Positions 61,650 to 64,000 of a stretch of DNA of 64,000 nucleotides are shown here, piece by piece. The stretch is from Squalus acanthias. Taxonomy: Eukaryota. The stretch is taken from positions 3,596,001-3,660,000 of the forward strand of contig CM059433.1 in the NCBI GenBank assembly GCA_030390025.1, given 5' to 3'. The position numbers were made by a program, and so were the translations under genes. Position 1 is the first letter of the stretch. The number at the start of each line of letters is the position of its first letter. Below the pieces are notes generated by a model. The model made no database searches, had not been told where the DNA came from, and saw only the letters and a program-made list of their open reading frames with translations.

Positions 61650-63213
61650 TGTAAAATGGCCGCCACGCCTCGTGGCAGAACATTCTAGACCTTTCGATAG
61701 GCAGACAAGATGGCGTTCCAATAAACATTTGTGCGAGATCGATCAAGACTCAGCACATTTAAGATAATACACGAGACATTATGGGTTTGCAGTATACACA
61801 TAAATACTGGAATCGGTCTCTCAGGTACGAATAAGGACTATTGTACCAAGCAATCAAGAACCCATCCAAAGACATTAATATGCAAAATCCCAACGACTCT
61901 ACGATGAGAGAGCCGTTAGCGGGTAGTTACAGAAAACATTTGGAAGCCCCAAAACCCCTCCAGGGAGAACACCGACCGATTAAACAATGGGAAAAGTATT
62001 AACAGGTACTCAGACAGTTACGAGTATCCCCGAAACCCATTAAAACGGAGATCACCCTATACAAGAAATTTGAGCGCCAAACCCTAACAAAAGAAAAGAC
62101 ATTAAGGTTGGGCGGGAAAAGGAAGAATTTTGCACTATAACTGCAAGCTCCAACCGTCCATCTTTCTCTTATCCTCTTATTCGGTTGACTCTTATCCTGC
62201 TGGCGTTGATCCTCGTGGCTGCTCTTGACTCGCCGTCTTGTTCCTGCTTGCCTCGTGTCTCTTTCAAAAGACTGTTGAACTTTACGATCCGCCCGGATCT
62301 GCCTCGTGGCGTGCCGCGAAGATCTGTGTGGAACTGGGCTGTGAAGCCTTGAAACGGGCGCACCATCCCGAGAAGTCGGTAAACGGTGTTGGAACCGAAG
62401 GCCCGAGATGAGATGAGATGAGATGAGATGAGATGAGAAGAGAAGAAGACCATACGTATCGCCATGGTCAGTAAGCTCCGACCGCGCCCGTAGGTCGAAT
62501 AGACACTTTCCTTGCCCAGGAAGACCATCTTTGAATTTTACAGAACAGCCAGGAAGACTATTCTTCGAATTTTATCGCATCAGTGCGAGGGCACAGGAAG
62601 ACTCTTTTTTTTTTTGAGTAGAGTCGGAACTCCGAGGACAACACAGATCTTCATGACAGCAGACGGTCCAGCCTGTTAGCCGGAGCAGAAACGAGTAAAC
62701 AAGTGGGGTACAGAGACCCCTGACCAACACGTGGGTGATCAGGTGCTGCGGTGGAAAAACATCCGATCAGAGTTTTCGGAATTCTCCGAGTTATCACGAG
62801 TGGTGAGCATGAGTCTCGATCCTACAGATCTAGTTTAGAGCAGGTATTGATAGGGGAGGGTTTAAGTTTTAAGGATAACTGTAATGTGTGCCCCCATTTA
62901 CGATGTGTCGTTCGTTCCTCGTTTCCCTGAAATTAGTTACATAACTGCGTGTAAGATTGTACTGTCATTAATCTGTGCTTATGACATGTATTTCGTAATC
63001 TTAAATAACATGCAATAAAGATTTTTCCATTTCGTACCATTCAACCGGGTCTACCTGAGTTTTCTCTCCATTACTGCTCTCGCATCTAAGTCCAGTGTCA
63101 GAACCGTAAGGGCGAGTGGGTCGAACCACTCACAGGTGTCTAGTGCTCCCAGACTGGCTGGAGACCAGAACAGGCAATAAGGCCTAAACTCGCACTAGCA
63201 TCCAGGCTGCACA
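61650..63213 (+). mobile_element. Probable solo LTR (~1.56 kb)
   Basis: TG...CA ends, flanks CAGCC/GAGCC, TATAA at ~62136, AATAAA at ~63014, CpG-rich, no coding motif; internal (GATGA)n at ~62406-62436. Confidence 0.62.
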
Positions 63214-63365
63214 GAGCCACACGAATCTCACAGGTTCAGAGAGAAACCCTTACAAAGGTCCCACCCCTCACTGTATGCATCAGTTATAGTAACAGTGGAG
63301 ATTCCTTGGAGTCTGACCTTTTTGTATAAATCAGTGTTATAGGAAACACTACTCTGTAAGAGTAT

Positions 63366-64000
63366 GGGGTAGAAATTAGGTCGCGCCCCATTTGGGGCGC
63401 AAATATCGTCCGGACGCAAATATTAGCGCCTGGCGCTAATTATCGGCACTGACGGGAAACTTCACTTTTACCGCCCCGGGAGGTGAGTGGAGCGCTAAAG
63501 CAGGCGCTGCACACCTCTCTTAAGGCGCAAAGGCCGAGCAGTGAGGCGCTAACTCGGAGCGCTGGCGAAGCTCATGTAATGTCAGTCAGCAATGGAACAC
63601 ACACACAATGGCACGGGCCAGTTCTTAAAGGGGATGGTTAATCTTGCTTTCCATCCACATCCTGTTCATTGCTGCCTTGAATCTCGGCCTGGAGAGACTT
63701 GCACATCAAATGTGCTGGAAAGAACAATGGAGAGCACCAGGCAAAGAGCTCAGAGTGCAGCTCCCACGGTCTCTGCTAAATCGATACAAGGAATGGCAAA
63801 TCAAAATGAACCTGCAAAGTGCTGCTCAGTACCCAAAACTCCTTCACACAACGTTGAATCTCTCCAGAAGTCTCTCCCTCTCTCTCTCAGAATGCGTAGT
63901 TCAAAAATGCCACCAACAATAAAAGACAGGAAGAGGCCCCCTTTAAATAGCGCCCCCCCCAGCCCCACAGCGATTGATAGCGTTCCAGTCTTCTGGTCGT
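63366..64000. mobile_element. Harbinger-type MITE family B, inverted and cut by the window edge
   Basis: Reverse complement of ~38670-39274, starting TAT|GGGGTAGAAATT. Confidence 0.87.

Overview
Repeat-dense eukaryotic non-coding DNA. The repeat families (CR1 and L2 LINEs, tRNA-headed Deu-domain SINEs, Penelope-like elements, PIF/Harbinger elements) point to a cartilaginous-fish genome; this is inference. I found no convincing host protein-coding exon: the long ORFs are transposon-derived or come from a minisatellite. The main structures are: (1) a decayed Gypsy LTR retrotransposon (~22.5-32.4 kb) split by at least seven younger insertions; (2) an extensive Harbinger system, with transposase and Myb/SANT gene remnants plus several MITE families carrying 3-bp TSDs; (3) Penelope 3' ends that keep intact minimal hammerhead ribozyme cores; (4) a ~1.4 kb minisatellite with a 30-32 bp unit; (5) a probable ~1.56 kb solo LTR; and (6) a few unique TAAT-rich blocks that may be conserved enhancers. 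All coordinates were read by eye and edges of degraded elements are approximate.
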